48,996 nucleotides of DNA from Pelagibacteraceae bacterium (GTDB lineage: Bacteria; Pseudomonadota; Alphaproteobacteria; GCA-002720895). Position 1 is the first letter of the stretch. Every line of letters starts with the position of its first letter. The notes below the pieces were generated by a model, which saw nothing but the letters and a program-made list of their open reading frames with translations, was not told where the DNA came from and searched no databases. The translations under genes were made by a program, and so were the position numbers. Of this stretch, positions 30,805-40,059 are shown in pieces. The DNA lies in contig PBIP01000009.1 in the NCBI GenBank assembly GCA_002720895.1, positions 1-48,996 on the forward strand, read 5' to 3'.

Positions 30805-31626
30805 TCAATATTTTAACGTATTTAATAAAAACTTTGGATATATATTTGTTTTTTTACAAATTTTTTCAATTTCTTTTATTTCTTTATGAATACCACTTAA
30901 TACTAATATAGAATCAATTTGAAAATTATTTGCCCCCAATATATCAGTTCTTAAAGAATCCCCTATAGCTAAAATTTTTCTTTTATCTTTGATTTTTGTT
31001 TTTTTCATAGCTTTCTTATAAATTTCAATATATGGTTTCCCAAAATATTTTACCTTACCTCCAAATTTTTCATATTGAAGAGCTAATGAACCAGCGCAAA
31101 ACTCTTTTTTTTTACCCCTAATAACTTCTAAATCAGGATTAACACATATCATTGGTAAAGATAAATTTGCAGCATCATGTAAAATCTTTGAATATTTATT
31201 TATTTTTTCGCCTTCATTAAGACCTAAATTTAAAATAAAATTTGAAGTTTCTAATTTCTTTTCTTGAAATATTTTTAGACCTTTACAAAAATCTTTATCT
31301 TTATTTGCACCGATAAAATAATATTTTTTATTTTTTAAATTAGATAAATAATCTTCGTACGTTATATCTCCCGAACTAATAACATCTAAATATAAATTTT
31401 TACTTAAACCTAATTTTTTTAAGAATTTTTTAATTTTTATAGATTTTCTTGGAGCATTAGAAATAAAAACTACATTTTTTTTTAAAATCTTAAGTCTTTT
31501 TAATATATTAATTATTCCAGGAAATAATTTGACACCATTATGAGTAACACCATACAAATCAAAAAAAAAAACTTCGTATGAATTAATTATTTCTGAAAAA
31601 TTCCTTTTTTTTACAATATTTTTCAT
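30805..31626 (-). CDS. HAD superfamily hydrolase (class IIA-like)
   Basis: 273 aa. HAD motif I FFFDLYGV, motif II ISNAPR, and C-terminal GDSLRTDILGA. Confidence 0.72.
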   Translation of the reverse strand: MKNIVKKRNFSEIINSYEVFFFDLYGVTHNGVKLFPGIINILKRLKILKKNVVFISNAPRKSIKIKKFLKKLGLSKNLYLDVISSGDITYEDYLSNLKNKKYYFIGANKDKDFCKGLKIFQEKKLETSNFILNLGLNEGEKINKYSKILHDAANLSLPMICVNPDLEVIRGKKKEFCAGSLALQYEKFGGKVKYFGKPYIEIYKKAMKKTKIKDKRKILAIGDSLRTDILGANNFQIDSILVLSGIHKEIKEIEKICKKTNIYPKFLLNTLKY

Positions 31627-32681
31627 TTGTGTGACTTTCCTATAGCTTGATTGACGTTTTTATAATTATCTTTTTTTAAAAAATAAATCAACTCCTGTTT
31701 AATTCTATTTATCACAGTAGGGCCTTGATATATTAAAGATGTATAAAGCTGAACTAAAGAAGCTCCGTTTAAAATTCTTTCGTATACATCCTTTCCATTC
31801 GATATACCTCCTACACCAATTAAAGGGATTTTGCCATTTGTTAAAATATAAAAATTTTTTAAAAGTATATTTGATTTTTCTTTTATAGGTAAACCACTTA
31901 ATCCGCCTTTCTCATTTGAATTTTTATTAATTAAATCATTAGATCTTTTAACCGAAGTATTAGATATTATTACCCCGTCTATGGTGGAACTTAGAATTAT
32001 ATCAGCTACATCGCCAAGTTCTTTTTTAGATAAATCAGGATCTATTTTTAAGAAAACAGGAGTTTTTATTGAATTTTTCCTTCTATAAGAAGACACTTTT
32101 TTAACTAAAATTTCCAGATTATCTTTTTTTTCAAGATCTCTTAAACCAGGAGTGTTTGGCGATGATATATTCAATGTAAGATAATTAGCTTTTTTATTAA
32201 ATATTTTTAAAAGTTCAACATAGTCGTTAATAGGCTTTTTACTATCTAAGTTTTTTCCTAAATTTACCCCTACTAATCTTGAACTATTTTTTTTATCATT
32301 ACGTTCAATATTTTCTAAAACTTTTTCAGCACCAATGTTGTTAAATCCTAATCTATTTATTATGGCCTTATCCTGAGCTAATCTAAAAACCCTTGGTTTT
32401 TTATTACCTGATTGAGGATTAATTGTAACAGTGCCAATTTCTACAAATCCAAATCCTAAAGCTATTAATCCTTGATATGCTACTGCGTTTTTATCGAACC
32501 CAGCCGCTATACCTATTGGATTAGGAAAATTTAGATTACATACATTTGAATTAAGAATAGAATCGTCAGAGTCACTTTTTTTTTTAAAATTAGAAAAAAA
32601 TTTTATAGCTAGACCATGTGCTACTTCTGGCGGTATAAAGTTTAATATAGGAAATATTATTTTATAAAATTTTTCAAACAA
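31623..32681 (-). CDS. pyrD: dihydroorotate dehydrogenase (quinone), class 2
   Basis: 352 aa. Motifs GFDKNA, NISSPNTPGLR (catalytic Ser type), GGLSG and GVGGI. Confidence 0.93.
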   Translation of the reverse strand: MFEKFYKIIFPILNFIPPEVAHGLAIKFFSNFKKKSDSDDSILNSNVCNLNFPNPIGIAAGFDKNAVAYQGLIALGFGFVEIGTVTINPQSGNKKPRVFRLAQDKAIINRLGFNNIGAEKVLENIERNDKKNSSRLVGVNLGKNLDSKKPINDYVELLKIFNKKANYLTLNISSPNTPGLRDLEKKDNLEILVKKVSSYRRKNSIKTPVFLKIDPDLSKKELGDVADIILSSTIDGVIISNTSVKRSNDLINKNSNEKGGLSGLPIKEKSNILLKNFYILTNGKIPLIGVGGISNGKDVYERILNGASLVQLYTSLIYQGPTVINRIKQELIYFLKKDNYKNVNQAIGKSHK

Positions 32682-32743
32682 TTTTTAACCACTATAAAAC
32701 AAATTTTCTTTACTTATATATATAATATTGACTTATTTTTTTT

Positions 32744-33166
32744 ATGGATAAAAAAAAAACAATTAAAGAAGAACAAATAGAACTCATAGAAGAATTTTCT
32801 TTTTTTGATAATTGGCAAGATAAATATGAGCACATAATTGATATGGGTAAGAAATTAGATATGCTCCCAGATAAATATCATACTAGTAAATTTAAAGTCG
32901 AAGGTTGTGTTTCTGAAGTTTATTTAGTTCCAAAAAAAAATAATAATATTTTAAATTTTCAAGCAGATAGTAACTCAGTAATAACTAGAGGTTTAATCGC
33001 AATGCTTTTAAGAATTTATTCAAATAGAGATCCTAAAGATATAATTAGTAACCCGCCTCAATTTATCGAAAAGGTTGGGCTAGGTGTTCATTTAACTCCA
33101 AGTAGAACAAATGGTCTCCATGCTATGGTTGAAAAAATTATGGAATATGCAAAAGAATATTCTTAA
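32744..33166 (+). CDS. sufE: SufE-like cysteine desulfuration protein
   Basis: 140 aa. Conserved cysteine loop KVEGCVSEVYL. Confidence 0.83.
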   Translation: MDKKKTIKEEQIELIEEFSFFDNWQDKYEHIIDMGKKLDMLPDKYHTSKFKVEGCVSEVYLVPKKNNNILNFQADSNSVITRGLIAMLLRIYSNRDPKDIISNPPQFIEKVGLGVHLTPSRTNGLHAMVEKIMEYAKEYS

Positions 33167-33180
33167 CTGAATAATTAAAT

Positions 33181-34743
33181 TTATCTTAAAAAACTATCTT
33201 GAATCAATTTAACTGTTTCTTTAATACTTAAGAGTAAAACAAAAGTTCCTAATCTAGGCCCACTCTTTTGACCTAACAAAATTTCATAAAGAAACAAAAA
33301 CCAATCTTTTAATTCATACTTATATTTTTTTCCTAATTCATAAATTTCAGTTTGAACTTCTTCAGGGCTAACTTTAGTTTTAAAGTTATTTAATATTTTA
33401 ATAAGTTCCTCAAGAATTTTCTTTTCATCATTTGAAGGTTTTTTATATTTTTTATTTGGTTCTACAAAATCTTTATAATATTGAATAGAAAACTCTACTA
33501 ATTTATCTGTATAGGGATTGTCTGAAGGATTAACGTTTGGAATATATTCTTTGATATAATTCCAAATAATTTCTTTATCATCACTCTGGCAAGCACTTAC
33601 TAAATTTAATATTAATGAAAAACTTATATCAATTTCAGGTTTTGGTACCTTATTACTATGAATATGTATTATAGGATTATTTAATTTATCAATATCATTT
33701 TGTTCATCAAATTGTTTTAGATACCTAAGATATTCATCAACATGTTTTGGTATAACATCGTAGTAAAGTTTTTTTGCTTTTTTTGGCGTATAATACATAA
33801 ACAATAATAAACTTTCGGATGGGCCATATTTAATCCATTCTTCTATCGACATACCGTTTCCTTTTTTTTTTGATATTTTTTCTCCTTTTTCATCTAAAAA
33901 AAGTTCATAGTTAAATCCTAATGGTGCTGATTTACCTAAAACCTTCGAAATTTGACTAGTACTTCTTATTGAGTCAACAAGATCTTTTCCATACAATTCA
34001 TAATCTACATCCAAAGCATTCCATCTCATTGCCCAATCAACTTTCCATTGTAATTTACAATTACCTTTAAAAATATTAATTTTACAATCTTCTCCATTTT
34101 CATCTATAAAGCTTATTTCCCCTTTTTCTTCATCTTCTACTTTTATCGGCACTTGAAGAATTTTTCCTGTTTTTTTACTTATTGGCAAAATTGGGCTATA
34201 GGTTGATCTTCGTTCGGGACCAATTGTAGGTAAGACTATGTCAGTTATTTTTTTATAATTCTTTAAAACTTTTAATAAATAATCGTCAAAAAAACCAGAT
34301 TTATATAATTCTGTTGCACTTTTAAGTTCAAAATCAATACCGAAAGATTCTAAAAAAGTTTTTAATTTATTATTAACATAAGCAGCAAAACTCTCATGTT
34401 TATCAAATGGATCTGGTATTTCGGACACAGGTTTTCCTAAATTTTTCTCTAACATTTTTTGATTAGGAAGATTTTCAGGTACTTTTCTAAATGCATCATA
34501 ATCATCTGAAAAGGTAATTAATTTAGTTGGAATATCAGAAATTTTATTAAATGCTTTCATAATCATCTGTGTTCTAGAAACTTCCCCAAAAGTTCCTATA
34601 TGAGGTAATCCTGAAGCTCCAAAACCAGTTTGAAATAAAACATATCCTTTTTTTGGTTTATTATTTATTTTTTTTTTTATTAACTTTGCTTCTTGAAAAG
34701 GCCAAGAATTAATTTGATCTGCTTTAGAGAAATCAATTTCCAT
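33181..34743 (-). CDS. lysK: lysine--tRNA ligase, class I
   Basis: 520 aa. Class I LysRS signature GLPHIGTFGEV (HIGH-like) and a KMSKS-like KISKKKGNG. Confidence 0.9.
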   Translation of the reverse strand: MEIDFSKADQINSWPFQEAKLIKKKINNKPKKGYVLFQTGFGASGLPHIGTFGEVSRTQMIMKAFNKISDIPTKLITFSDDYDAFRKVPENLPNQKMLEKNLGKPVSEIPDPFDKHESFAAYVNNKLKTFLESFGIDFELKSATELYKSGFFDDYLLKVLKNYKKITDIVLPTIGPERRSTYSPILPISKKTGKILQVPIKVEDEEKGEISFIDENGEDCKINIFKGNCKLQWKVDWAMRWNALDVDYELYGKDLVDSIRSTSQISKVLGKSAPLGFNYELFLDEKGEKISKKKGNGMSIEEWIKYGPSESLLLFMYYTPKKAKKLYYDVIPKHVDEYLRYLKQFDEQNDIDKLNNPIIHIHSNKVPKPEIDISFSLILNLVSACQSDDKEIIWNYIKEYIPNVNPSDNPYTDKLVEFSIQYYKDFVEPNKKYKKPSNDEKKILEELIKILNNFKTKVSPEEVQTEIYELGKKYKYELKDWFLFLYEILLGQKSGPRLGTFVLLLSIKETVKLIQDSFLR

Positions 34744-34745
34744 AG

Positions 34746-36041
34746 TTATATTTTACATAAATTTAACATTTCTTTGATAGTTAGAATTTTCTTTCGTGGA
34801 GCCGGAACTACTGCATTTTTTTTTTCAAAAGAATCAATTTTCTCCCAATCTTTAAAAGATGTTACTTTTAAGTTCTTTGATTTTATCATTTTAACCAATG
34901 CTGCTCTACCATCTTTTATTTGGTTTTTAAATTCTTTATTAGCTAATTCTGCAACTAACTCTCCATCAGCTTTATTAGTTCCAATCACTCCTGTTGGTCC
35001 TCTTCTAATCCACCCTGCTGCGTAAAAACCTTTACTAATTCTGCCATTATCATTTTCAACTACCCCGTCATTTATATTTAAGCCAGGTATATCTTTAGGC
35101 GTATATCCAATTGCTGAAATAACTAAACCACAATTTATTTCAATAATTTCCCCTGTACTTCTTAATTCAGATCCTTCCAATTTTGTTTTTTCAAATTTAA
35201 TTGAATCAACTTTTTCATCGCCAATTATTTCAATTGGTTTTTGAAAAAAATTAAAATTAAGTTTTTTTTCTTTATTATTTTTTTCAATTGTCGAAAAACT
35301 TTTTAGTGTTTCTAGATTTTTTTCAATTAACCTTTGGTCTCTTTCTGTATAACTCCCTTTTAATTCATTTGGTAAATCTATATTTACAATGGGAACACAA
35401 TTACTCAATTTACCCATCTCTCTTAGCTCTACATTGGTAAATTTTGCCTCTACAGGCCCTCTTCTTCCAACAATATATAAATTTTTTATAGGTGATTTTT
35501 TTATAGAATCTAAAGCATATCCAGGTATGTCTGAATCTGACATTTCTTCTGAAGTTTTAGATAAAACTCTAACAATATCTATAGCAACATTCCCATTTCC
35601 AATAACTACTACGTTTTTTGTATTTAAATTAGGTTCTAAATTTACATAATCTGGATGGCCATTGTACCATCCAACAAATTCAGCTGAACCATAAACACCT
35701 TGTAAATTTGAACCTTTTATTTCTAATTTATTATCTAATTCAGAGCCTATAGCTAATACTACAACATCATAAAGTTCTCTTAATTCTTCAATTGTAATAT
35801 CTTTTCCAACTTCGATATTTCCAAAAAATTTAACTTTTTCTTTTTCTGCAGTTTTAGTATAAGAAGATGATATTTTTTTTGTTGTTTGATGATCAGGAGC
35901 AACTCCTCCTCTTATTAAACCAAATGGTGTTGGCAGGCGATCAATTATATCAATATCAGAATTTAAATTCTTTGTAATAGATTCAGCAGTATAAAAACCG
36001 CTGGGGCCTGAACCTATTATAACAACGCTAGGACCTTTCAT
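34746..36041 (-). CDS. FprA/adrenodoxin-reductase-type NADPH:ferredoxin reductase
   Basis: 431 aa. Motifs IIGSGPSGFY, PTPFGLIRGGVAPDH, FVGWYNGHPD and VIGNGNVAIDIVR parallel mycobacterial FprA, as I recall that sequence. Confidence 0.75.
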   Translation of the reverse strand: MKGPSVVIIGSGPSGFYTAESITKNLNSDIDIIDRLPTPFGLIRGGVAPDHQTTKKISSSYTKTAEKEKVKFFGNIEVGKDITIEELRELYDVVVLAIGSELDNKLEIKGSNLQGVYGSAEFVGWYNGHPDYVNLEPNLNTKNVVVIGNGNVAIDIVRVLSKTSEEMSDSDIPGYALDSIKKSPIKNLYIVGRRGPVEAKFTNVELREMGKLSNCVPIVNIDLPNELKGSYTERDQRLIEKNLETLKSFSTIEKNNKEKKLNFNFFQKPIEIIGDEKVDSIKFEKTKLEGSELRSTGEIIEINCGLVISAIGYTPKDIPGLNINDGVVENDNGRISKGFYAAGWIRRGPTGVIGTNKADGELVAELANKEFKNQIKDGRAALVKMIKSKNLKVTSFKDWEKIDSFEKKNAVVPAPRKKILTIKEMLNLCKI

Positions 36042-36070
36042 AATTTTATTAATTTAAATTATTACAGAAT

Positions 36071-37366
36071 TTAACTTTTTTTCAAAGCCTGATCAAGATC
36101 TTCTAAAATATCGTCTATATGCTCAATACCAATAGATAGTCTAATGTATCCTGGTGTTACTCCAGTTGCTAGCTGTTCATCTGATGTTAATTGAGAGTGC
36201 GTAGTACTTGCCGGGTGAATAGCTAGGCTTCTTGAGTCTCCTATGTTAGCTAAATGGTAAAATAATTTTAAATTGTTAATAAACTTTTTACCAGCTTTTA
36301 ATCCGCTTTTTAATTCAAAACCACATAGACCTCCATACCCGCCATTTAAATATTTGTCAGCTCTTTTCTTGTATTTACCTGACATTAGACCTGGATATAT
36401 AACTTTAGAAACTTTAGGGTGCTTTGCTAAAAATTTTGCAACTTCAAAAGCATTAGATGAATGTCGTTCAATTCTTAATGGAAGAGTTTCTAATCCTTGA
36501 ATAAAATTATAAGCATTAAATGGACTCATGCATTGTCCGCAGTCTCTTAATAATGTTACACGAGCTTTTATAATATAAGCAATTGGTCCTAAAGGTTTAA
36601 CTGCTTGTGTCCATATTGCGCCGTGATAGTTTGGATCAGGTTCATTAAGCATTTGAAATCTATCACCTTCTTTTTCCCAATCAAAATTACCACCATCAAC
36701 AATAATACCACCAATTGAATTACCATGCCCACCAATATATTTTGTACAAGATGAAGCTTCAATGGCTGCTCCATGTTCAAAAGGTCTACATAAACCATAT
36801 GCAGCAGTATTATCCATAATTAACGGAATTCCCAAATCTCTTCCTATCTCTGAAACTTCTTTGATCGGAAAAACTTGTAGTTTAGGATTCGGCAATGTTT
36901 CAGCATATATTGCTCTAGTTTTGTTATCAGCTGCATCTTTAAATTTTTCAGGATCATCAGGATCCACGAATCTGACTTCTATACCCATAGTGGAAAGCGC
37001 ATTATTAAAAAGATTCCAAGTTCCGCCATATAAATCTGTTGAACTTATAACATTATCACCGGCATGTGCTATATTTTGAATTGACATCATAGAAGCAGCT
37101 TGGCCGGAAGAAACTGCAAGTGCGGCCGCTCCTCCTTCAAGTTTTGCAATTCTTTCCTCTAAAACTGCACAAGTTGGGTTCATTATTCTTGAATAAATAT
37201 TTCCAAATTCTTTTAAGGCAAAAAGATTAGCTGCATGTTCTGTATCATTAAATTGATAAGAAGTAGATTGGTAGATTGGAACAGCTACTGCGTTTGTAGC
37301 AGAATCTTTTCTGTGACCTGCATGTAAAACTATTGTTTCTTTTTTTGGACCTGTTTTTTTTAACAT
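36071..37366 (-). CDS. metY: O-acetylhomoserine sulfhydrylase (PLP-dependent)
   Basis: 431 aa, Cys/Met-metabolism PLP family. PLP-lysine region SCTKYIGGHG and C-terminal IRLSIGIE. Confidence 0.9.
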   Translation of the reverse strand: MLKKTGPKKETIVLHAGHRKDSATNAVAVPIYQSTSYQFNDTEHAANLFALKEFGNIYSRIMNPTCAVLEERIAKLEGGAAALAVSSGQAASMMSIQNIAHAGDNVISSTDLYGGTWNLFNNALSTMGIEVRFVDPDDPEKFKDAADNKTRAIYAETLPNPKLQVFPIKEVSEIGRDLGIPLIMDNTAAYGLCRPFEHGAAIEASSCTKYIGGHGNSIGGIIVDGGNFDWEKEGDRFQMLNEPDPNYHGAIWTQAVKPLGPIAYIIKARVTLLRDCGQCMSPFNAYNFIQGLETLPLRIERHSSNAFEVAKFLAKHPKVSKVIYPGLMSGKYKKRADKYLNGGYGGLCGFELKSGLKAGKKFINNLKLFYHLANIGDSRSLAIHPASTTHSQLTSDEQLATGVTPGYIRLSIGIEHIDDILEDLDQALKKS

Positions 37367-37391
37367 AATATATTATTTTGTTATCAAGTGT

Positions 37392-37418
37392 ATTATAGTT
37401 ATATGACTTAATTGTCAA
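37392..37418 (-). promoter_or_regulatory. candidate sigma-70 promoter for metY
   Basis: On the minus strand, TTGACA (37418-37413) and TATAAT (37397-37392) are both exact hexamers. The spacer is only 15 nt. The -10 lies about 25 nt upstream of the metY ATG. Confidence 0.3.
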
Positions 37419-37477
37419 CTATTATTTACAACTTTTTTACGTTGTTTTGTATTATATACATAATTAATTTGTAGAAT

Positions 37478-38518
37478 ATGAATAATAATAAAAAAACCGG
37501 TATCGTTTATTTGTGGTTATTAACGTCTTGTTTTCTTGTTTTCATTATGGTTTTTATAGGGGGCTTGACTAGATTAACTGACTCAGGACTTTCTATGGTA
37601 GAATGGAATTTAATATCTGGGATTCTTCCACCGTTAAATGAGAATAACTGGATAATATTATTTGAAAAATACAAACAGTTTCCAGAATTTAAAATTATTA
37701 ATCCAAATATTAATTTAGATGAATTCAAATTCATTTTTTGGATGGAATATATTCATAGAGTTTGGGGAAGAATAATTTTTTTATTTTTTTTAATACCTCT
37801 AATTTTTTTTATAAGAAAAAAATATATTCAAAAAAAATTACAAAAACATTTTTTTATTATTTTAATTCTTATTATGCTGCAAGGATTGTTTGGTTGGTAT
37901 ATGGTACAGAGTGGTTTGGTAGAAAAACCAGATGTAAGTCATTATAGACTTTCAGTTCATTTAACAATTGCTTTTATAATTTACGGATATCTACTTTTAT
38001 TAACTTTTTATTTCTACGATATAAAAAAAAATAAAAAAAAAATTATTATAAAAAATAAAAATTTTAGTTTTTTTATTTTTTTATGTTCATGTTTAATTTT
38101 ATTAACTGTTTTTTCTGGTGGTATGGTTGCTGGATTAGATGCTGGTCTTGTATATAATACATTTCCATTAATGGGAGAAAAATTTTTTCCAAACGATTTT
38201 TTTGATTTAGATCCTAATTTTATAAATTTTTTCGAGAATCCTGTTTCTGTTCAATTTGATCATAGAATATTAGGAATAAGTACCGCTTTATTAACCTTTT
38301 ATATCTGGTTTTATTCAAGAAAAAAAAATCTTCAAAATAAAATAAAAAAAAAAGTCAGTATTCTTTTAACTGTTGTTTTAATTCAAATAAGCCTTGGAAT
38401 AGCAACACTTCTTTCATATGTAGCAACCCCAATTGCAATAACGCATCAATTGGGAGCTCTGATTGTTTTTTCTATATCTCTATGGATAATAAAGGATTTA
38501 CCATTCGTGTCCAAGTGA
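37478..38518 (+). CDS. ctaA: heme A synthase (COX15/CtaA)
   Basis: 346 aa polytopic membrane protein. COX15 features GGLTRLTDSGLSMVEW, EYIHR, HL and DHR. Confidence 0.88.
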   Translation: MNNNKKTGIVYLWLLTSCFLVFIMVFIGGLTRLTDSGLSMVEWNLISGILPPLNENNWIILFEKYKQFPEFKIINPNINLDEFKFIFWMEYIHRVWGRIIFLFFLIPLIFFIRKKYIQKKLQKHFFIILILIMLQGLFGWYMVQSGLVEKPDVSHYRLSVHLTIAFIIYGYLLLLTFYFYDIKKNKKKIIIKNKNFSFFIFLCSCLILLTVFSGGMVAGLDAGLVYNTFPLMGEKFFPNDFFDLDPNFINFFENPVSVQFDHRILGISTALLTFYIWFYSRKKNLQNKIKKKVSILLTVVLIQISLGIATLLSYVATPIAITHQLGALIVFSISLWIIKDLPFVSK

Positions 38519-39259
38519 TACAAAAAATCCATCTTGTCCTGCATCAGCGCTATATCCAGGTGCATTATGGTAAGTAACAGAGGTATCTAAACCAAGTAAT
38601 TCACCAAAACCAACTGTAATATAGTAATAATCCCAACTATCAACATCAGCGCCTTTTTCTCCATCGCCTTCTAGATCGTCAATATCTATATTTCCATATG
38701 TGTATGCAACTGAGAAATTAGTTCCTGGAATTGGCGCTTCTATACCTGCTTCTGTGTATAAAGCATCAGGCGTATTTGCACCAAACCATTTAGGAGCGTA
38801 TGCTAAATAAACGTAAGGTGAAACAGAAAAATCATCAGCTACCATGGATAAAGGAATTTCGGTCCCAACACTAAAATAGTATTCGTTAAATTGTACCTCG
38901 TTTGATTCGCCTGGATAAAGATAATATAAATCACCAATATCAAAACTTAATGGTCCAAGATCAAATGCGTAACCAGCGTAAACATCAAATTCAGCGCCAT
39001 GAGTACCATTTGTTATAGATCCTGTCCATGCTCCAAGATAAAATCCACTTGAATGTCCTAAATCTACACCTATTGCTGGAGACATATCTTTTGAACTTTG
39101 GCTTTCACCTCTCCAAACATAATGCGAAGACCAACTAGTATTATATCCAATTGAAACGCCTGTGGCTTTTTCTATGGATTCTCTTGTTATAGCATCTGCA
39201 GCATAAGCAATATTAGAAGAAATTATAAAGCTAGCTGTTAAATATAAATATTTTTTCAT
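38498..39259 (-). CDS. outer-membrane beta-barrel protein, Gcw_chp (TIGR02001-like) family
   Basis: The likely start is the ATG at 39259 (MKKYLYLTASFIISSNIAYA signal peptide) with AAAGG upstream. The family-like motif is SSHYVWRGESQSS..SPAIGVDLGHSSGFYLGAWTGS. Composition is rich in aromatics and Gly, with a terminal W. G+C is noticeably higher than in neighbouring genes. Confidence 0.7.
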   Translation of the reverse strand: MKKYLYLTASFIISSNIAYAADAITRESIEKATGVSIGYNTSWSSHYVWRGESQSSKDMSPAIGVDLGHSSGFYLGAWTGSITNGTHGAEFDVYAGYAFDLGPLSFDIGDLYYLYPGESNEVQFNEYYFSVGTEIPLSMVADDFSVSPYVYLAYAPKWFGANTPDALYTEAGIEAPIPGTNFSVAYTYGNIDIDDLEGDGEKGADVDSWDYYYITVGFGELLGLDTSVTYHNAPGYSADAGQDGFFVSLGHEW

Positions 39260-39297
39260 AATATACCTTTCTAACAAAATATTACTTAATATTAACA

Positions 39298-39312
39298 GCA
39301 ATTATCGTGCCA
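39298..39312 (-). promoter_or_regulatory. candidate sigma-54 (RpoN) -24/-12 promoter
   Basis: The minus strand reads GCAT-TGGCACG-ATAA-TTGC-T, matching the TGGCAC-N5-TTGCW consensus with correct spacing. The motif ends 39 nt upstream of the ATG at 39259. Confidence 0.45.
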
Positions 39313-39355
39313 ATGCAAGACAATTTAGAAATTAGTTGTAAAATATTGATTTATA

Positions 39356-40051
39356 TTAATTTAATCCAGATTTATTTTGTTGCCAAGCCTCAGCTGTAAA
39401 AATAATCCATGAGTACTGTTGATTGGTTTTTTTTTTGTAAATTCCTTTTGAAGATAATACAGCAATCTTTTTTTTTGAACTATTACAGTTTTTTTTCTTA
39501 ATAAATGAAAAGTTTGGGTGATTTTTATGAAACTCTTTTTTCTTCTTTTTTTTTTCTTTTACTTTTTCTAATACACAATCATGAATGCTAAAAAAAACTA
39601 AATTCAAACTATTTTTTTGAATAAAAATTATACCTTGGGTTAGTTTTTCTTCTTTTTTATTTAAAAATTGAAAAATTATATCTTGATTTTTATTTGCTAA
39701 TGAAAGTCCTTTAGATGTATATTTAGATAAAATTTCTAAATTTTCTTCGTTAAAAATAAAATCAGTGGTTTCTTTTTTTTCATCTAAATATTTTATTTTA
39801 CTAAAAGCTATCTTAATCTTTGAAGAATCAAATGAAATTGGATGTAAAGTTGCCGTTACTTCTCTATTATCTATAAAAACATTAGATGTTAATCCTATAC
39901 TTCCCTCTTTTTTTTTATTCCATAAGAATGAATTAAGCGCGTTAACTGGATTTACATAACCTTTGCTATAAATTTTTGAAGAATCTGCTTCAATTGAAAA
40001 AAATGGAAGCAAAAATGAAACTAAAAGTAAAAAAAGAATTTTTTTTAACAT
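39356..40051 (-). CDS. exported protein of unknown function (paralog B)
   Basis: From the ATG at 40051 the product has a signal peptide MLKKILFLLLVSFLLPFFSIEA. An alternative ATG at 40093 would overlap the upstream gene. It shares blocks with the adjacent lipoprotein (TLHPI/TLHPV, LANKNQDIIF/ANKNQDVLF, SKGIY/SNGIY, terminal W..W.Q). Confidence 0.65.
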   Translation of the reverse strand: MLKKILFLLLVSFLLPFFSIEADSSKIYSKGYVNPVNALNSFLWNKKKEGSIGLTSNVFIDNREVTATLHPISFDSSKIKIAFSKIKYLDEKKETTDFIFNEENLEILSKYTSKGLSLANKNQDIIFQFLNKKEEKLTQGIIFIQKNSLNLVFFSIHDCVLEKVKEKKKKKKEFHKNHPNFSFIKKKNCNSSKKKIAVLSSKGIYKKKTNQQYSWIIFTAEAWQQNKSGLN

Positions 40052-40059
40052 TATTAGAA

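Noticed and set aside
37367-37477. I looked for a SAM-responsive riboswitch upstream of metY, because SAM-II/SAM-V-type elements are known upstream of SAR11 methionine genes.
   Set aside because: The candidate promoter leaves only about 25 nt of leader. The region is almost pure A/T. I could find neither a pseudoknot-capable stem nor the AAAGCU-type conserved tail. A covariance-model scan would be decisive, but nothing here supports a call.
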